DNA of 64,000 nucleotides, taken from Craspedostauros australis. Its lineage: Eukaryota. Under the pieces are notes generated by a model that had not been told where the DNA came from, did no database searches, and was given only the letters and a program-made list of their open reading frames with translations. How positions within the stretch are numbered: the first letter of the stretch is position 1; each line of letters opens with the position of its first letter. The position numbers were made by a program, and so were the translations under genes. Below are positions 58,500-64,000 of this stretch, one piece after another. The DNA lies in the NCBI GenBank assembly GCA_030167865.1, contig JALAGF010005488.1, positions 62,001 to 126,000 on the forward strand. The letters are read 5' to 3'.

Positions 58500-61335
58500 A
58501 TGAGATTTGATCGATTCGCAGTCAGGGCTTTGGCAGTGTTGGCAGTCAGCCAGGTGCCAAGCTTGTTCAATGACCGTGGTAAGTTCCTCCATGACTCTCT
58601 CTGCAGATAGAGATAGGGAGAGAGAGAGAGAGAGAGAGGTGATGAAGACATCTGAAGCCATGAGAAAGGTCATTGCCACGGCAGATGATGTGCGTACTTC
58701 CCGAGGATGCGTATGTGCACACGCCGAGTATGGAAGTCACCGTCACATGCAATGATGAAGGCGAACATCAAGTCATATCAATGCAATACAATGCAATGCA
58801 CCTCAGAGTGCAGCGAATCAAGTCAGACCATCGCTCACACACCCTTTCCATCTCTTCGCAACTCCCCTCCTTTCCACTCACATGATGCAACGAATGATAT
58901 GATCGTTGGCAGCCAACTCGCTGTCGCTGGCGGCCGCCGAAGACGCCGACGCAGCTGCATCATCCAAGATTCAGGTGGAGGATGCTTTCCAGCTTCCAGA
59001 CAGCGCCGAGAGCTTCGCATTCGAGGCCGAGGTCAGCCGCATGTTGGATATCGTCGTCAACTCCCTCTACCAGAACAAGGACGTCTTCCTCCGTGAGTTG
59101 ATCAGCAATGCCAGCGACGCCCTGGACAAGATCCGTTTCCTCGGTCTCACCAGCCCAGAATTGCTGGAGGACGAAGCAGAGCTCAAGGTGGAGCTCGAAT
59201 TCAACGAGGAGACCAACCAGCTCGTCATCCGCGACACCGGCATCGGTATGACTCACGACGAGATGGTGGAGAACTTGGGAACAGTGGCGCGCAGCGGAAC
59301 CACCAAATTCCTCCAGGCCCTCAAGGAGAAGGGAGAATCCAGCCAGTCAGGAGAGATTTCGCAGATCGGGCAGTTCGGCGTCGGTTTCTACTCGGCCTTC
59401 CTCGTCGCGGACCGCATCGAAGTGGCATCCAAATCGCCAAAGTCCGACCAGCAGTTCGTCTGGACATCCACCAACGGCGCTTCCGAGTTTCAGCTGTTCC
59501 AGGACCCCCGTGGCAACACCCTCAAGCGCGGTACCGAAATCACGCTCACCCTCAAAGAGGATTGCCTCGAGTACGCCAACGAGATGAGACTCAGAGGCCT
59601 CGCGCAGTTCTACTCCGAGTTTGTCGTGCACCCGATCATGCTCCGAACCATCGAGACGGTCGAGGTGGAGGTCGAGCCAGAGGACAGCACCACAGAAGCC
59701 GAGGATGCTGATGCAGAAGACGCGGATGCTGACGCGGAAGATGCTGATGCCGAGAAGGGAGAAGAGGACATCGAAGTCGAAGATTCCACTGACGAAGAGG
59801 AGAAGCCCAAGGAGACCAAGACAGTCACCACCTTCGAATGGGAGCACGTCAACGGCAACCCGGCCATCTGGACCCGCTCCAAGGAGGATATCACGGACGA
59901 AGAGTACCAGGCATTCTGGAAGACAATTGCCAAGGACGAGCACATGGACGCAGCCACCTGGTCGCATTTCAACGCCGAGGGTAACATCAACTTCAAGAGC
60001 ATCCTGTACCTCCCCAGCGACCTCCCTGCATCCGTGCGCATGGGAAATATGATGGAGACCCTCAACGGAATGCGACTGTACGTCCGCAAGGTCCTCATCA
60101 GCGACGAGTTCGAACTGCTCCCACGCTACCTCAGCTTCATCCGTGGTGTTGTGGATTCCGACGATCTCCCGCTCAATGTCAACCGTGAGACATTGCAGGA
60201 GTCCAAGATCATCCAGGTCATCCGCAAGAAGATCGTGCGCAAGGCCATCGACATGATCCGACAGTACATCAAGGACAGCGATGCCAAGCTCGCCAAAGAA
60301 GAGGAGGAGGAAGCTGCCGCTGCCGCCGAGAACGGAGAAGAGGAAGCCGCAGATAAGCCGAAGAAGGAGTCGGACTACATCAAGTGGTACCAGAGCTTCT
60401 CTCCATCGCTCAAGATGGGAGTCATCGATGACGAACCAAACCGTGCGAAGCTCATGAAGCTGCTCCGCTTCCAGACCTCCAGATCCGACGGTCAATGGAT
60501 CAGCCTCGCCGACTACATCGAGAACATGAAGGAATGGCAGAAGGATATCTACATCGTCGCAGGAGTCAACACCGAAGCCGTCGAGAAGTCGCAATTCCTG
60601 GAGCAATTCAAGCGAAAAGACGTCGAGGTGATCTACATGACTGATCCGATCGACGAGTACGTCGTCGCCCACGTCCGTGACTTCGACAGCAAAAAGTTCG
60701 TCGACATCTCCAGCGAGGATGTCAAGTTCCAGGATGAGGACGCCGACTTGGTGACGCGTCGCGAGAAGTACTACAAGAAAAAGTTCAAGCCGCTCACGAA
60801 GTGGTTGAAGAACCTGTACGGAGCCTCCATCATGCGGGTTGCCATCTCGAAGCGTCTCGGTTCCATCCCTGCCATTGCCAGCAGCGCCTCGCACAGTCAC
60901 TCTGCCAACATGGAGCGCATCATGCGCGCGCAGGCATTCAATCATGGACAGCAGGAGTTCCAGATGCGAGCAATGAAGATTCTTGAGATCAACCCACGTC
61001 ACCCGCTCATCCTCAAGCTCCTTGAGGGATGCCCACCGGAAGATGACGACGAAGAGTTCGAGGTCGCAGAGGACATCGCCGACGCCGCCTGGATGGTGCA
61101 CGACATGGCGCTCCTGGGCGGAGGATTCCAGCTCACCGATTCGGAGGCTCACAGCCAGCGCATGCTCAAGACGCTGAAATCCATCATGGGCGTCGAATCG
61201 TTCGACCTCGAGGCAGAAGTCGACCCGCCGGAGGAGGAAGACGAAGCGCCAGAGATTGATTCAGATGCCATGGGCGGTCTCAACATGGAGGATATCGATC
61301 TGGAGTCCATGGGAATCGACTTGGACGAACTGTAA
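58500..61335 (+). CDS. HSP90B1: Endoplasmin/GRP94 (ER HSP90); exons 58500-58578, 58913-61335 (~833 aa)
   Basis: Signal-peptide exon MRFDRFAVRALAVLAVS; FEAEVSRMLDIVVNSLYQNKDVFLRELISNASDALDKIR, IGQFGVGFYSAF, LPLNVNRETLQ; C-terminal LDEL ER-retention-like signal. Confidence 0.95.
58604..58638. repeat. (GA)n-rich microsatellite in the GRP94 intron
   Basis: agatagagatagggagagagagagagagagagag. Confidence 0.85.
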
Positions 61336-62336
61336 GTCCTCGAATTGACGGGGAGCCATGATGCGATACGGATGCGCAGAGACATCCATGCGCCCGCCGC
61401 ACTTTTGATAAGCTGTTGGCTGGTTGACTCACCAACCCACGCGGCCTACCACGGTGTGATATGGCGCGGTGAGCGCAGGCTTAGAGGCAAAATGTAGAAA
61501 GCGCGCAGAAGTCCAGCGGCCGGAGTAAGAGTGTCGCCGATGCTGTACTCCAGTCAGCAAATATACACAGTAGTACCATTAGAGCACTCCTGCGATACGA
61601 TTGATGCTGTTTTCATGTGCTGCACGTGCCCGCATCAACAGCATTGGCAGTCGGACGGTTGTTGTAGTGCGATGCGAAGGCGTCATCCCTTCATGCACAT
61701 GCAATAGTTCAAAGTCAGATCGTGATGTATTGGCAGAAAAGAGCGCATCTGGGTGCTCACACATCGATGGTATTAGTAATCGTTCTTGTCGTTGAGCTCG
61801 GTATCGTATAATAGCTGTTGTATCGAGAGTTCAGGCAACATGAGAAGTATCCTTACGCATGTGTGAGAACATGGAGAAGACCGGAGGCGCGGCGTCCACT
61901 CATTCTCTATTTCATAGTGCTGCACCATGCATCGCGACCGAGAGATGCCAGATATTCAGGAATATTCATGTTTGTTGGCCTCGTCGCTGTCGCACTGTAC
62001 AGGTGGCACGGTGTGTATGCAAGATGCCCATCGCGGTAGTACCGCGTGCTCTCGCTGTCATGGACAGTTTGACGGTCGTCACATCATCATGACAAATCGC
62101 CGTCGCTGTTCCGTCATCGATTGAAGATTCTCGCCAGCATGCGTGTGCTTTGGATGGTGCCAATCTTCATAATTGCATCATCCATCGTTGCCCTCTCATT
62201 GTCTTTCCGATTCTCTCTTTGCGTCTGCTGCTGCCGTTTCTTTTTTCTATCATATCTCTGGCGCCGTCGCAGGCAGAATACCGCATGCGCTGGGCGCACG
62301 TACGGGATGCATGGTGCAATCGTATTCTATCTTTCA

Positions 62337-63734
62337 CTAGGACCACGGCGTGGCAATCTCCTCACCGTGACCCTTCTTGTTCCACAAACGCATGCCGCCG
62401 GCAGTGACTTCCACGGACGTCGCACGTTTGGTCAGGGTGGATTTGTTATTCTTCCACACGACAATCTTGGAGCCACCCGATTCGACGATCCACTCTAGAC
62501 GCATGGGGATATCTTCACGTGAACAGAGGGTTTGGTAGGCGAGGGGTTTGGTGGATTCGGGCGCCCACCACGGTGCCTGGAAGGAAGTCGAGGTGCCTTC
62601 CTTGATGATGCTGCCGAGACGTGCTGGAGCGCAGAGGTAGTCTTTGTTGACGGTATGGACGATGCCAACGGCGATGCTGAGGGCGGCGGCGAAGAGGAAG
62701 ATGAAGCGCGACGTGCGGTTGGTAGTTCTGGTGGATTTGGAAGGGGTGGAGAGCGGCATGGCGCGCTGTTCGTTGGTGCCCTCGATGGTGTTGATTCTGG
62801 TTTGGAGACGATCCGCTTCGAGGTTGGTCTTGAGGATCTCGCGGCACAACTCCTCGCACTGCTGCGCGTGCGACTTGCTGAGGGCGGTGATGCGGGCATC
62901 GTGTTCGGCGCATGTCTTGGCGTACTTCTCCTGCTGCTGCGACAGTGCCTTCTCGTGCTCCTTCTTGCTTTCGTCTGTGTACTTCTTGTGCAGAATATCT
63001 TGCTGCTGCAGCTCCTTTTGCGTGAGCAAGAGCTTTTGCTCCAAATCCTTCGTCAGTTGGGTGAGCTGTTGCATGAATTGTATGGGGTATGGAGTATGTC
63101 AGTGTGGTAGGGAGGAGTTTGGAGGAGTATGGAAGAAACAGTCGAAGGCGCACAAGTAACAATGATGTGAGTGGAAAAAGTGCCGAAGCAATGGACTTGC
63201 GCCAAGACGATCTACTCGTGGAGCCATGCATATTATCGTAAAAGAGTAGAAGACGATATTGCATGATCTTTGAATCAACACACTGACCTCCTTGAGCCGC
63301 TCCAGGTTTTCGTCGTAATCGGCATTCCTGCGCTTGAGCTGCTTGGCGAGCTTCATGATGTTCTTGTCCTTCTTCTTTCGCAGCGCGCGTTCGGCGGAAA
63401 GATCGATCTCGGTCTGCTTGACCTTCTCCAGCAGCTTCTGCGTCTGAATGAGCATCTCTCCGCTGCCTCCCATGCCACCGGCATCCTTGTGCTCGCCGAT
63501 GGAGGATGGCGGAGACGGCGGGATGCCCGCAAACGTGACCTCGTTGCGTCTGGCCTTGCCGCTGGTGGAGGGAGATCTGTCGTTGCCGTCGGAAGCAGCC
63601 AGAACGTCGTAGGTGGAGTCGATGGAGAGGCGGGCCTTGCGCAGGATGTCCTCCACCTCCTCGCCGTCGAGATCTTCCGTCGACGACAATGATGTTCGCA
63701 GCGAGACTGCTTTGGCTGGCCTTAGTGATGACAT
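62337..63734 (-). CDS. Hypothetical coiled-coil protein with a single TM helix and a small C-terminal domain; exons 63288-63734, 62337-63065 (~391 aa)
   Basis: Heptad-rich region; TM FIFLFAAALSIAVGIV; C-terminal LCAP..APWWAP..C motif; phase-0 GT-AG intron joins the two ORFs. Confidence 0.7.
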
Positions 63735-64000
63735 GTTCTTTGACGTTGCTGTTGCTGTTGCTGTTGTTGTGCTGGAGGGGGATTGTCTCTCTTCCACCCT
63801 TTGGCTTTGGCTTTGGCTTTGGCTTATTTGCTTGTGTGGGTGTGGTTGTTGATTCGGGAATGGGGTGCAACTGCGTTGAGTTCTCTGAGGTGCAAGGTGC
63901 GGTGTCTGTGCCAGATACTCGTGGCCGTGTGGGTGTGGCCACAGGAAGCGCTACTGTTGGGTGGAACTGTCAGCGTGGCGGATGATGAGGTTGTCGATGT

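Noticed and set aside
58635..58830. Box C-like RTGATGA motifs in the GRP94 intron
   Set aside because: No correctly placed box D or terminal stem, so no snoRNA call.
59347..61152. 601-aa antisense ORF opposite GRP94
   Set aside because: Mirror-frame ORF expected from strong codon bias in a highly expressed gene; no recognisable motifs.
1..64000. tRNA, rRNA, CRISPR arrays, transposase or reverse transcriptase genes
   Set aside because: None recognised by eye; tRNAscan-SE, Infernal and RepeatModeler would be needed to exclude small or degenerate elements.

Overview
Gene-dense eukaryotic nuclear DNA, most likely a diatom. The evidence is frustulin-type repeats, bipartite plastid presequences, helicase-associated (HA) repeat proteins and GT-AG spliceosomal introns; the species cannot be determined. 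I reconstructed about 22 protein-coding genes by hand and checked splice phase at each junction. They are: a secreted 2xFAS1 + 3x frustulin-ACR fusion, an NDR/STK38 kinase, cyclophilin PPIL3, a PsbP-domain/DUF1995 divergent pair, an RWDD2-RWDD3 hybrid, an LRR protein, a CID protein, two head-to-head OSCA/TMEM63 channels, GPN1, U2A', CapZ-alpha, a PPR protein, a plastid rubredoxin-like protein, a ~2057-aa HA-repeat protein, GRP94 and several hypotheticals. A decayed Cys-rich surface-protein locus lies at ~16.4-18.7 kb. I found no rRNA, tRNA, CRISPR array or intact transposon. The most notable observations are the fasciclin-frustulin fusion built from 201-bp phase-1 exon cassettes, an NDR kinase with Asp at its hydrophobic-motif phospho-site, and the OSCA pair with non-shared introns. 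All family assignments rest on motif recognition, not database searches.
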